Source: an uncultured Candidatus Saccharibacteria bacterium (lineage in GTDB: Bacteria > Patescibacteriota > Saccharimonadia > Saccharimonadales > AWTP1-31). Taken from it: a stretch of DNA of 64,000 nt. Location: contig CALCZR010000059.1 in the NCBI GenBank assembly GCA_937903325.1, positions 1,489 through 65,488 on the forward strand, written 5' to 3'. Shown one piece after another: positions 38,374-47,713 of this stretch. The position numbers and the translations under genes were made by a program. The notes below the pieces were generated by a model. That model was not told the DNA's origin, made no database searches, and saw only the letters and a list, made by a program, of their open reading frames with translations. Position 1 is the first letter of the stretch. Each line of letters starts with the position of its first letter.

Positions 38374-40170
38374 TTAGGCGCTATCCGTAGCCGCAACGCG
38401 GTTAACTTCTGCTAACGTTGTTTGACCAGTTAATGCTTTTAAGTATCCGTCTTCGCGCATGGTAATCATACCTTCAGCCCGTGCTTGTTTTTGTATTTCT
38501 GCACTGGTTGAGCGCTTGAGGATAAGATCCTGAATGGGTTCACTTATCTCGAATACTTCGTATAAGCCCATTCGCCCCTTATACCCACCGGGCGTTTCTG
38601 GCGAATCCGTGCCCTTGAATAAAGTATAAGCGTTTTGGGCCTTCAGTGGCAAGTTATCGTAGCCAAGATCTTGAGCTGCTTTCGCCCTGTCGGCAGCCGT
38701 CCCAGGGAGTAAGGCTCCAAGTGTAGCCTGAATTGCTGCAGTTTCTGCCTTTTCTGACTGGTAAGTAGTCTTTTGCTCACTCGTACGGCGTACCAAGCGC
38801 TGACCAATAACAGTATGTACTGTACTGGCGATGAGGAATGGCTCGATACCCATATCGAGTAAACGCGGGAGGATACCGGCTGCAGAGTTGGTGTGAAGCG
38901 TACTAAAGACAAGGTGTCCAGTAAGCGCAGCCTGTACCGCAAGTTGAGCCGTCTCCTTATCTCGAATTTCTCCAACCATCACAACATCAGGGTCTTGACG
39001 CAAGATGGAGCGCAGACCATTAGCAAATGTTAGTCCTACTTCCGCATTAACCTGGATCTGGTTAATGCCCTGCATTTTGTACTCAACAGGGTCTTCAAGG
39101 GTAACGATGTTAACCGTGTCACTCTTAATCTCCTGAAGCAAGGCATACAGCGAAGTAGACTTACCAGAACCAGTAGGACCACTGGTTAGGATCATACCGT
39201 TAGGCTGCTCCAGCGCCTTCTTAATCGTCCTGAGGGCCCGTCCATGGTATCCCATGTCGGCGAGATTTAAACTAGTACCGCTCTTATCGAGCAAACGAAT
39301 AACTACCTGCTCACCCCAGACTACTGGGCTAATCGAAATACGGAGGTCAATTGCGTGGTTATCTACCACGATGGCAAAACCACCATCCTGCGGGATACGG
39401 TGTTCGTCAATTTTGAGGTTGGATAGAATCTTGATACGAGAAACTAACGGCGCTTCGGTGCTTTTTGGTAACTTCATAATTTCTCTGAGCACCCCATCGA
39501 TACGGGCACGAATCTTGAGCGCTTTCTCTAGCGGCTCTATATGAATATCGCTCGCCCTATTTTTAGCGGCGTACTCCATAATCGTAGAAAGTGCCTTACT
39601 AATTGGTGAGTCCTGCACAATAGTCTGTACGTTATCCCGAGCAGCCGCTGCTTTTTTATCTTCAGCATCTTGCCCGGCAGCAGCATCAGCTGTCGCTTTG
39701 AGATCACCAACTACGCTTGAATCCAAACGCTCGGAGTACTGCTTGAGAATGCGCTTAATGCCAGCCTCGCTCGCTGCATACACCTTGAGTGGTCGGCCAA
39801 TCTTGTTAGCTAGGAAGTCGGCAGCCTGTACGTTGTCGGCGTCTAACATAGCAACTACTAAACGGTGCTGCATTTCACCAAGTGGTACCGCCATATATCG
39901 CTCGGCAATATCTTGCGGCAGTAGGGCTAAAACTTCAGTATCTATTCGTGCGTCACTCAAATTTACATAGGGCACCTTAGCCACCTTGGCCGTAGTACGA
40001 GTAAGATCTTCATCGGTAATGAGACCACTACTTACAAGAGCGCTGAGTAGCGGCGTTCCCTCGCGCTCAGATTGCGCATGAAGATCCTGCAGTTGCTGGT
40101 CATTCAAAAGCCCCTGCTCTATCAGGTCTTCTTCAACTTGTTTTTGGGTAGTTGCAGATAAAACGCTCAT
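38374..40170 (-). CDS. pilB: type IV pilus extension ATPase PilB (GspE family)
   Basis: 598 aa; N-terminal T2SSE_N domain; TSGPTGSGKSTSLY, TLEDPVEY, GHLVFSTLHTNSA. Confidence 0.93.
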   Translation of the reverse strand: MSVLSATTQKQVEEDLIEQGLLNDQQLQDLHAQSEREGTPLLSALVSSGLITDEDLTRTTAKVAKVPYVNLSDARIDTEVLALLPQDIAERYMAVPLGEMQHRLVVAMLDADNVQAADFLANKIGRPLKVYAASEAGIKRILKQYSERLDSSVVGDLKATADAAAGQDAEDKKAAAARDNVQTIVQDSPISKALSTIMEYAAKNRASDIHIEPLEKALKIRARIDGVLREIMKLPKSTEAPLVSRIKILSNLKIDEHRIPQDGGFAIVVDNHAIDLRISISPVVWGEQVVIRLLDKSGTSLNLADMGYHGRALRTIKKALEQPNGMILTSGPTGSGKSTSLYALLQEIKSDTVNIVTLEDPVEYKMQGINQIQVNAEVGLTFANGLRSILRQDPDVVMVGEIRDKETAQLAVQAALTGHLVFSTLHTNSAAGILPRLLDMGIEPFLIASTVHTVIGQRLVRRTSEQKTTYQSEKAETAAIQATLGALLPGTAADRAKAAQDLGYDNLPLKAQNAYTLFKGTDSPETPGGYKGRMGLYEVFEISEPIQDLILKRSTSAEIQKQARAEGMITMREDGYLKALTGQTTLAEVNRVAATDSA

Positions 40171-40188
40171 GAGGCGCGTTCCAGTCCG

Positions 40189-40446
40189 TTACTGAGTAGT
40201 TCCATTAAATGGTGAGGTATTAGTTCCTTCGCCAATCTGGATAAGCTTAGTTGGGTTCACTGAATCCTTATTGAAGTATTTGTTATCAGAATCAGGCACG
40301 CTAAAGTCTGCAGTGATTGGATTAACAACTTCTGCTTGCTGCTTCTTAATTTTCGAAGGCGTGATCAGGAAGTTAGAGATAACTACAGAGAACACTGCGC
40401 TTACCATGCCGACTGCTAAAAATAGTGCGATATCTTTTTGTTTCAT
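40189..40446 (-). CDS. small single-TM protein in the pil operon
   Basis: 85-aa ORF whose start abuts the pilO-like stop. Confidence 0.55.
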   Translation of the reverse strand: MKQKDIALFLAVGMVSAVFSVVISNFLITPSKIKKQQAEVVNPITADFSVPDSDNKYFNKDSVNPTKLIQIGEGTNTSPFNGTTQ

Positions 40447-41120
40447 TACTTTACATCCACTTTCTTTATATCAAGTGACTTCTCTGGGAGATAGTACGAC
40501 ACTGCGTCTAGCGTCAGCTTCATGTCACTAGCACCGCCCTTGAGTTGTACCTTCTTTGCCTGGAATGGGCGGATAGAGTGTTCGAATACAGTGAACAAAT
40601 CCTGTATCGAAGAGTACGATCCGCTAACGATAAGTTGGAATGGCATCTCAACTGGCTTTGGATCACCAGAGTCCTTAGCCTCAGATTGAGCGACTTCGTC
40701 ATCAGTACCACTAATACCCTCGATTTTTAGTTTCTTGTCAGTAGCCACCTTCTCAAGACTTGTGGTAAGTGCTGGGAAATCGTATTTGCTAGGTAGAGCA
40801 TCAAGGATCAATCGAGCGTTATCTCCGTCTTTCTCGCCTGAGCCCTTAGGGTTGCCACCCAGCATGTTAGTGCCAGAGTCAACAAACTGCTGGTATGAGT
40901 CAACAAGTCCCTTTACAGATTCTACATTCTGCTGCAATTGGTCGCGTGCTGCCTGCTTCTTAGCGATCACCCGAGCCTGGTAGGTTCGTTGAGTCCATAG
41001 TGACTTAGTTGAGACTAATGAGAAGACAGCAACGAATACTGCTCCAGCAACAACACCCACAATGGTTGCCTGTGCTTTATCTATCTGAACTTTTTTAGAT
41101 GTGAGTTGTACTTTTGCCAT
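40446..41120 (-). CDS. pilO: PilO-like pilus assembly protein
   Basis: Single TM followed by a coiled-coil; positioned after pilN. Confidence 0.65.
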   Translation of the reverse strand: MAKVQLTSKKVQIDKAQATIVGVVAGAVFVAVFSLVSTKSLWTQRTYQARVIAKKQAARDQLQQNVESVKGLVDSYQQFVDSGTNMLGGNPKGSGEKDGDNARLILDALPSKYDFPALTTSLEKVATDKKLKIEGISGTDDEVAQSEAKDSGDPKPVEMPFQLIVSGSYSSIQDLFTVFEHSIRPFQAKKVQLKGGASDMKLTLDAVSYYLPEKSLDIKKVDVK

Positions 41121-41128
41121 ATTATTCC

Positions 41129-41812
41129 CTACTGCTTCTTCACTTCTGGCAGTGCCTTAAACAGATCTGTTGGTTTTTCAGTCTCGGAACGTGTCGAGGT
41201 AATCTTTGGGACAGTAAGCGCTATATCGTGATTGACATCGAAGATGACTGAATCAAAACTAAATGCAATCGTGTAGGTCGTCTCTTTGTCGTTACGCACA
41301 AATTCTTTAAGTACGACACCCGTGAATGGCTTCTTGTCACTCACCGCTTCCCCATTATCCTTGTAGGTAGTGAACTTGATGGTATCTACGAACTTGTTAA
41401 CATTCTGGAGTGTGTCGGACGTCCCTTTAATCTCAATAGTTTTCTCATCAAAGTCAGCTACCGTCTCGCCAATATTTACTTGGGCCGGTGTAATAGCCGA
41501 CAAATAGTTCGTAAGCCTGGTAACTACTGGTTTTTGATCATGAAGCTCAGGAAGCTTACTAAGTTGATTCTGAATGGTCAGGATCTTATTCAAGTTCGGT
41601 GTTTCTTTGAGTGTCTCGGTGCTTGCTTCGATATCACTATTTAGGTTGCTCAGGTGTGCCTTCTGGAAGACATACACGGTTAAGAACATCATTATAAAAA
41701 CAAACAGTGAAGCAGCTGCCACAAGCAGTGATATAACTATCACCGAGTGCTTAAGCCGTTTGGCCTTAATATACTGCTGCTTTACGTCAGGAAGTAAGTT
41801 AAATTGGATCAT
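41129..41812 (-). CDS. pilN: PilN-like pilus assembly protein
   Basis: MIQFNLLPD...; single TM; 4-nt overlap with pilM. Confidence 0.75.
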   Translation of the reverse strand: MIQFNLLPDVKQQYIKAKRLKHSVIVISLLVAAASLFVFIMMFLTVYVFQKAHLSNLNSDIEASTETLKETPNLNKILTIQNQLSKLPELHDQKPVVTRLTNYLSAITPAQVNIGETVADFDEKTIEIKGTSDTLQNVNKFVDTIKFTTYKDNGEAVSDKKPFTGVVLKEFVRNDKETTYTIAFSFDSVIFDVNHDIALTVPKITSTRSETEKPTDLFKALPEVKKQ

Positions 41813-42849
41813 GCGTCACGCTCCGCTAGCCCAGCAGCCACACCGAAGTGATTAGAAGCTGCAAGGAGTTCATTTTGTCGATCGGCTGGGAATGACACAT
41901 TACGCCATGCGTTTCCAATCTCAACGTTGAGTCCAAACTTATTCGCAACGTACAGAGGAAAGTCAGGTAATGCTGATGCGCCACCGGTCATAATAATGCG
42001 CTCGATCTTAACATCAGGATAACGAGATTGGAAGAACTTAATGGACTTCTCTACCTCACCAACGAGGATATCGATCGTACCAATAATAGCATTGTAGATC
42101 TGGCCCTCAAGCTTGTCTTTACTTAGGCCAAACTTATTCACAAACTGCTGAGCTTGCTTCTCATCAATGCTCAAGTTCTGGATGGCTGCCTTAATAATGG
42201 CTTCGCTACCAGTTGGAATCGCACGAGCAAGATGCGGTGCACCGTTCATGCTGACGACAATGTCAGTAGCCTTGTTACCGATGTCGATAACCATCTGTGG
42301 CGCAGCTACATCAAAAGGTATGACAGCTCGACTCATAGCCAGATGATCTGGTTCAAAGGCAATGACGTTAAGACCAATTGATTCCAGCATATCCAAACGA
42401 CCTTCGATAAAGTCGTTTGTTACGCTCGTTAAGAGTACTTCAACCTTACTCTTATCTTTAGGGGAATCACCAAGTACTGCCCAGTCAATTTTAGAATCGG
42501 CGATTGGAGTTGGAATCAGTGAATCTGCCTGGTATTGAATCGTCTTAGCAATTTCCTGTTCACTTAATCGGTCGATATCTACCACTGTAGTAAACACTCG
42601 CTGAGATGGCAGACCGACAGCTACGTTACGAGTAGTAACCTTCGATTGTTCAACAAGATCCTTAATAGCCTGAGCGAGCTTCTGCTGGTCACCCTTAGCA
42701 TCGCTCATCGCTATCGTGCTATCGAGCGGCACATAGGCGTACTTAACCAGCGCCTTGGACTTGCCAGAGTTATGTAGCTCAACCAATCGAACAGCGGTAG
42801 TCCCGATGTCGAGGCCAAAGAATTCAGATACCCCACTCAGTATGCTCAT
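41809..42849 (-). CDS. pilM: type IV pilus assembly ATPase-fold protein PilM
   Basis: 346 aa; actin-like fold; FGLDIGTTAVRLVEL, MTGGASALPDF. Confidence 0.88.
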   Translation of the reverse strand: MSILSGVSEFFGLDIGTTAVRLVELHNSGKSKALVKYAYVPLDSTIAMSDAKGDQQKLAQAIKDLVEQSKVTTRNVAVGLPSQRVFTTVVDIDRLSEQEIAKTIQYQADSLIPTPIADSKIDWAVLGDSPKDKSKVEVLLTSVTNDFIEGRLDMLESIGLNVIAFEPDHLAMSRAVIPFDVAAPQMVIDIGNKATDIVVSMNGAPHLARAIPTGSEAIIKAAIQNLSIDEKQAQQFVNKFGLSKDKLEGQIYNAIIGTIDILVGEVEKSIKFFQSRYPDVKIERIIMTGGASALPDFPLYVANKFGLNVEIGNAWRNVSFPADRQNELLAASNHFGVAAGLAERDA

Positions 42850-42858
42850 ATTGGCTAA

Positions 42859-42867
42859 ATTATAGCA
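42859..42867 (-). promoter_or_regulatory. extended -10 element (TGCTATAAT) 9 nt upstream of the pilM ATG
   Basis: Read on the minus strand. There is no Shine-Dalgarno between it and the ATG at 42849. Confidence 0.5.
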
Positions 42868-42905
42868 TAAGCGTGGTCATCACACACAAGCTTTTTACAG
42901 GTTAT

Positions 42906-45197
42906 CTACAGAACCGGAGGTAGTGTGGTGAAGTATTGGTATTTCTTGACGATCTTCTTCTGCACATGATCGGGCGTGACCATCTTAAGTTCAGGTCCTA
43001 CTTCAATAATCTCTGCGGCGTTACTAGTGGCAGGATTTCCCTCGGTGCCAGCGCTGGCGTTGCGCAGCGAATTGGCCGTAGTTCTAAGAAACTCAATCTT
43101 ATTAGCTATAAGGGCTCCGTTAACAGTTAGCTTCGTGACGCCACAGGCGGCAAACAAGTTAACTCGTGCGATATACCCGCCAGCACCATCTGTACAGGTC
43201 ACAATCTTACCCTTAGTGGTGTCAGTAGGTGTTAATGGCTGTGCGACATACATACCTACCATCTTAGCAACCGTATTCTGGATGTAGATATTCCCTTTCA
43301 CGTAGAGGTGAATCGATGGAATAGCATCCGTATCACCCCATGTTGGGCTTGCGTAATCGATACTACTGTCGATTATTACATCACCTTCAACATAGATGTT
43401 TGACCGATTTGAGTTAGTAAGCGCTCCCCCCATGAGGATTCGTCCTGAAGCAGGCTTATACACAATATCCTTGGATTGATTAAAGTTAACACGCGTACTC
43501 GTCGTGTCCACCGGCGACGTTACGAGTGCAGAGTCGGCGAAGTAGTCTTTTATACAGTGCGAAGAACCGAAGTTACCGAGCCCGCCGACGTTCGCAAACG
43601 CCAGACTACCTGGAGCGCCCCTACCCCTCGCCGTAGCGAAACCGTTAATAGCACCGGTTGCCTGGGCAGCGAACTCTACGCCAGCACCGAGCCCACTACT
43701 ATTGTTATTGGTGTTAATCCCGGCTGTACCTGCGCATGCTCCTCCAGCAAAATCACCACCCGCGCTTACGTCACCACCGTAAACTGAAAGGTATGGTAGG
43801 TTTACGAAACGCTTACAACTTGGAGTAAACTCCTGGGCAGGCTGCGGGTTGAGAATTGCCCCACGGAAGCCAATAGTTACCCCAGGGCTATCTACCGTAA
43901 CTGCACTACAAATCAGATCGCCAACTTTTAGATTCGCAGGCCCTCCTTGGACGTTAGTAACTGGGATGTCATCAAATACCTTCGTGCCGGTCTGCGTATA
44001 GGTAACATCAGGCATGAAGTAGACACGGTCTGCTGGGTTGTTAGGGTTGCCCCCTGCTCGAATAACATAGAACTTGCGGGTCACTGTTACGCCGTAGTTA
44101 GGGCTGGTCTGAGTAATCGAAGCACCGAAGGTTACCGTATTAGGGTTTTCAGTGTTATCTATATTTGTAGAAGCAGTACCACTAGTTGTAGATGCTTTTG
44201 GCGCACACGTAGCAACACCTATGGTTTTAGGGCTACTACTCAACTGCCGGTTGTCACTACCGCCAACATCAATGGCATAGGCATAGACTGTGTGCGTACC
44301 GCTATATAAATTCACCGGTATTCTGGGGTCAGATCCATCAATCGAAAAGCCGTAGTCTCCTTGCAACGAAGGGTCTGGACGATAGATATTAGTCTTTCCT
44401 AGGTTAACTCCTAAGCCAGGATTACCAGGGTCATCAAAGTAGAGATGCACTTCTGTAACTCCGTTCGGTGCATCAAGGTCCCGAGCCCATCCAGAGATTT
44501 GCTCACAGTCTGCTCGCTCTAAATTCCCTTCTGGCGGATTCTGTATTGAGGTTAGGCGATAGCTAAAAGTAAAATCATCGTTAATGTTATTAACATCAAT
44601 CGTTCCACCGCCACGACCGTTGCTTATAAGTCCAAATGGCTGGTTCGCAACCCAGTAACCAGAACCACCTGCATCGTTGATGCCTACTGGGGTGAACCTA
44701 AACCCTACCCCGTGTCTACGAGCATCACCAAGACCCCAGTTACCCCATAGACAAGCGAGGAATGGATGCCCGTCGACGCCATCACCAAAAACAAGCTTGG
44801 TACTGTTCCCGCCGATATAAGCTGGACACTGAAGTGTACCGCCACCACCTTCAGTAGCCCTAAAATTTGCATTAGAGGTTGGGAACCCACCGTGTCCAGG
44901 CCAGTTGATAGCCGTATTCGGATTGATAGTACTCGGGCCATATGGCAGTGGATTGAGTGTCTCAACATTAATAGTGAAGTCTTTCGACCACTTTCTAAAA
45001 GAACCGTCTGGGTTGAGCACTGCTACCTGGATTGCCACATTGTAGTATGCGGACGTACTCGCAACCAGGTCTGGGTTACAATCAGCTGCTGCAGCCTTAG
45101 GAGTATGAACAACACTAAAGAACAAAAAGAAAAACAGCACTAAAAGCAAAGACTTGCCTGTTTTTGTCGCTAGTTTCGCTAGAATACTACTTCGCAT
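42906..45197 (-). CDS. large secreted protein of unknown function, Gly/Asn/Thr-rich and probably beta-rich
   Basis: 763 aa; signal peptide LLLVLFFFLFFSVVHTPKAAAADC; ISGWARDLDAPNGVTEVHLYFD...GTHTVYAYAID module. Lies immediately upstream of pilM. Confidence 0.7.
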   Translation of the reverse strand: MRSSILAKLATKTGKSLLLVLFFFLFFSVVHTPKAAAADCNPDLVASTSAYYNVAIQVAVLNPDGSFRKWSKDFTINVETLNPLPYGPSTINPNTAINWPGHGGFPTSNANFRATEGGGGTLQCPAYIGGNSTKLVFGDGVDGHPFLACLWGNWGLGDARRHGVGFRFTPVGINDAGGSGYWVANQPFGLISNGRGGGTIDVNNINDDFTFSYRLTSIQNPPEGNLERADCEQISGWARDLDAPNGVTEVHLYFDDPGNPGLGVNLGKTNIYRPDPSLQGDYGFSIDGSDPRIPVNLYSGTHTVYAYAIDVGGSDNRQLSSSPKTIGVATCAPKASTTSGTASTNIDNTENPNTVTFGASITQTSPNYGVTVTRKFYVIRAGGNPNNPADRVYFMPDVTYTQTGTKVFDDIPVTNVQGGPANLKVGDLICSAVTVDSPGVTIGFRGAILNPQPAQEFTPSCKRFVNLPYLSVYGGDVSAGGDFAGGACAGTAGINTNNNSSGLGAGVEFAAQATGAINGFATARGRGAPGSLAFANVGGLGNFGSSHCIKDYFADSALVTSPVDTTSTRVNFNQSKDIVYKPASGRILMGGALTNSNRSNIYVEGDVIIDSSIDYASPTWGDTDAIPSIHLYVKGNIYIQNTVAKMVGMYVAQPLTPTDTTKGKIVTCTDGAGGYIARVNLFAACGVTKLTVNGALIANKIEFLRTTANSLRNASAGTEGNPATSNAAEIIEVGPELKMVTPDHVQKKIVKKYQYFTTLPPVL

Positions 45198-46173
45198 GAT
45201 CTACCACCTTCACACCCTTAAGAGCATCGTTATACTTCGATTCAAAATCTTTATCAGCCTTTAGGTTCTTATTCTTAACCACGAAGTAGTAGGCTGTGTA
45301 CTTCGTTTGCGGAGATGACGACTGGAGATCATAGTAGCTTTGTATATCGTCCTGCAATGGAGATACTTCACCTTCCTTCATAGGCTGCAGTAACTTGAAG
45401 AACTTACCAACTGTGTTACTAGCCCCAATAACTGACGAGTCTAACGGATAGGCAGATGTATCTACCCTAAATTGTCCAGACTTATTACTAGAGCTACCGT
45501 ATTCCAAGCTGCTATCTGCTTTAATCCTTTTAACAATACTCGATGCATCTGTTTTGCCGCTCATAAGATCACTCCGTGCTGACTCGGCTTTTGACTTTGC
45601 CGACTTCCTGTCTGCTTCGATAGCGGTCGGATTATTAAAGTCCGGATCGGTTGGTGTTGGCTCAGAGCTTAAGAAGTGACGACTGTATGGATAGAAGAAC
45701 ACGTACCCTTCATAGCCATCCCTATTCCGACTCTTAACGTACGACTCTACGTAATAGACCTTGGACATAAGTTGCCCAAAATCATCTCGGTCATATGCTT
45801 TATTTGAAACAGACTGGCTTAAATCAGTAGCTGAATCATCAATAGTAATATCTAGTTTCTTTGCTGTATCAAGGACTTTATAGGCGTTAACGATCTGGGC
45901 TTTTGCACCTTCCGAGTTTATCTGCCGCTTCCTGGCCTGACTGACAAGGAGGTCATACTGTTTCTTGTAAATTTTCTGCCCACCTATAACAAGTACGGGC
46001 TTCTCGCGCGTGAAGTACACCACTCCACCAGCTATGACAACCAAACCAACGACCACCGCGAGCACTCGCTTAAGAGGCGGTCGCTTGCCACCCCCAATGC
46101 GCTTACCGAATCCCAGGAACCCGTGCTTCCTATACGCGAAAACGCTTGCCTCAGTTTTCTGCTTCTCTTCCAT
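45187..46173 (-). CDS. hypothetical single-pass membrane protein
   Basis: 328 aa; TM VLAVVVGLVVIAGGVVYF; its stop overlaps the start of the 763-aa gene by 11 nt. Confidence 0.65.
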   Translation of the reverse strand: MEEKQKTEASVFAYRKHGFLGFGKRIGGGKRPPLKRVLAVVVGLVVIAGGVVYFTREKPVLVIGGQKIYKKQYDLLVSQARKRQINSEGAKAQIVNAYKVLDTAKKLDITIDDSATDLSQSVSNKAYDRDDFGQLMSKVYYVESYVKSRNRDGYEGYVFFYPYSRHFLSSEPTPTDPDFNNPTAIEADRKSAKSKAESARSDLMSGKTDASSIVKRIKADSSLEYGSSSNKSGQFRVDTSAYPLDSSVIGASNTVGKFFKLLQPMKEGEVSPLQDDIQSYYDLQSSSPQTKYTAYYFVVKNKNLKADKDFESKYNDALKGVKVVDHAK

Positions 46174-46182
46174 TTGTATCTG

Positions 46183-46211
46183 ATTATACTTATGCTTCTC
46201 TACAAAAACAA
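46183..46211 (-). promoter_or_regulatory. promoter TTGTTT-17-TATAAT, 9 nt upstream of the ATG at 46173
   Basis: Read on the minus strand; no Shine-Dalgarno present. Confidence 0.5.
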
Positions 46212-46280
46212 TACGGAGAAGTTGAACACAAATAGAATTCTCTACTGTCTACCCTTGCTCGCTATAGCTACCGGTCTAGA

Positions 46281-47630
46281 CTACTGCTCGTGGTCTACGG
46301 CTTTATTAATAACAAACCACGTCGCTTTTTTACCGCGTAACTCCTTGCGCGCTAGACCCTCTTTTTCAAGTCCACGAAGATCAAGCCTCAGTGATGCAGT
46401 AGAGAGTGCACTACCGCGCATAGTCTCAATCTGCTTTACTGTTAGACCATCATTCTGGCCCAGTAGATCAAGGAGTGAAGCCACTCGCTGCGCTTGGTCT
46501 CCTCGGTTTGCCTGTGGTGACTTCTCCCGTGCTTTACGAATCAGTTTTTTTACCGTTTCTGGGTCACGCATAATTCGGGCCGCTTTTTGCTGGCCTTCTT
46601 TCAAGAAGTCTTCACTAGGATGCTCCAGCTGTAGGATCAGCTCCATACACTCTTCTAGTAGGGCTTGCTGTTCTTCATCTAGGGTGATCATCGATCTCGC
46701 CTCAAAGGTGAAGTCACCAGCAGGGGTTAGCGCTCCCTTTTTCGTAAACTGTTTAATCGATACCCGCACATTTGTTTCAAGCTTATCTTGATCTGCGATA
46801 ATATAGGCCGGCTTACGTTGCTTGAGTTCTGTCAGAATCTCCGAGATTGTGACAGACTCAGTCGTCCCGTCTGCAAAAAGCTCAACGAGCGTATCCCTCA
46901 CATCAGTTGGCAGCATGGACTGTTCGGTTGGCAATTCTAGATCTCTCAGATCCACAGTTCCTAAACTACACTCAATCATACGGTCACTTCGCTCTTTTTT
47001 GCTAACCGTAATTAGACCGACTTTGGCCATTGCATCAATGTGGGTAGATGCCATTGCATCAGAAAAACTCTCAACTACATCAGATACCCTAATTGGTTGC
47101 TCACGGGTGAGTAGTTCACCAATTATTTCCATTCGAACCATTGGCGCACGAGTATTATTTTTTGAGTTTGTGGCCGTCTTGCCAAATATCTCTTGGAGAG
47201 AAAAATCAGGATGACGTAGTGAAAACTCAAGTAAGTGACCACTCGCGGCGTTCCCGATGCTGTCACCCCACTCTGTTTTAATAAAGCCAACCGCACCCTT
47301 GTCGGCATCAATAATTTCTTTTGCGACCAGCCCAATGGGTGCCAATGAATTTTGACAGTAGGCAAAGGCCAGGTTTGACTTGGTTGTCCAAGCTGGATCC
47401 TCGCCTTGTATAGACTCGAATAGATCCTTTAGTCCCCGCCAGCTATACACGACGTCGGGAGCCATGGCTGCACACACAAGAGCTTTATTCTCATGATTAC
47501 CAATTGCCGATATCAAATCACCAACTTCATAGTTCGGGAGTGCTTCCCCTGTACCAGGATTAAAATCCTGTACTTCTACAGTAGGTCGGTGTAGTAGTTG
47601 GGGTTCAGCTGCTGCTACATTATCTGACAT
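46281..47630 (-). CDS. hypothetical cytoplasmic protein with a C-terminal winged-helix-like segment
   Basis: The ORF track starts at 47666; I prefer Met13 (ATG at 47630, MSDNVAAAE). The C-terminus LRGLEKEGLARKELRGKKATWFVI resembles a wHTH wing. Confidence 0.6.
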   Translation of the reverse strand: MSDNVAAAEPQLLHRPTVEVQDFNPGTGEALPNYEVGDLISAIGNHENKALVCAAMAPDVVYSWRGLKDLFESIQGEDPAWTTKSNLAFAYCQNSLAPIGLVAKEIIDADKGAVGFIKTEWGDSIGNAASGHLLEFSLRHPDFSLQEIFGKTATNSKNNTRAPMVRMEIIGELLTREQPIRVSDVVESFSDAMASTHIDAMAKVGLITVSKKERSDRMIECSLGTVDLRDLELPTEQSMLPTDVRDTLVELFADGTTESVTISEILTELKQRKPAYIIADQDKLETNVRVSIKQFTKKGALTPAGDFTFEARSMITLDEEQQALLEECMELILQLEHPSEDFLKEGQQKAARIMRDPETVKKLIRKAREKSPQANRGDQAQRVASLLDLLGQNDGLTVKQIETMRGSALSTASLRLDLRGLEKEGLARKELRGKKATWFVINKAVDHEQ

Positions 47631-47713
47631 ATTTTTGTTTTTAACTTTCAGTATATACATTAGCATACTTAAGCAGTTTGGTCAAGTACATTACCTCTGT
47701 TATAATGGAGCGT

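Noticed and set aside
46123-46791. A 222-aa plus-strand ORF bridging two minus-strand genes.
   Set aside because: It is antisense to two well-supported ORFs. Its extreme Ser/Arg/Cys/Phe content is typical of the reverse frame of a coding region, and it has no promoter or Shine-Dalgarno.
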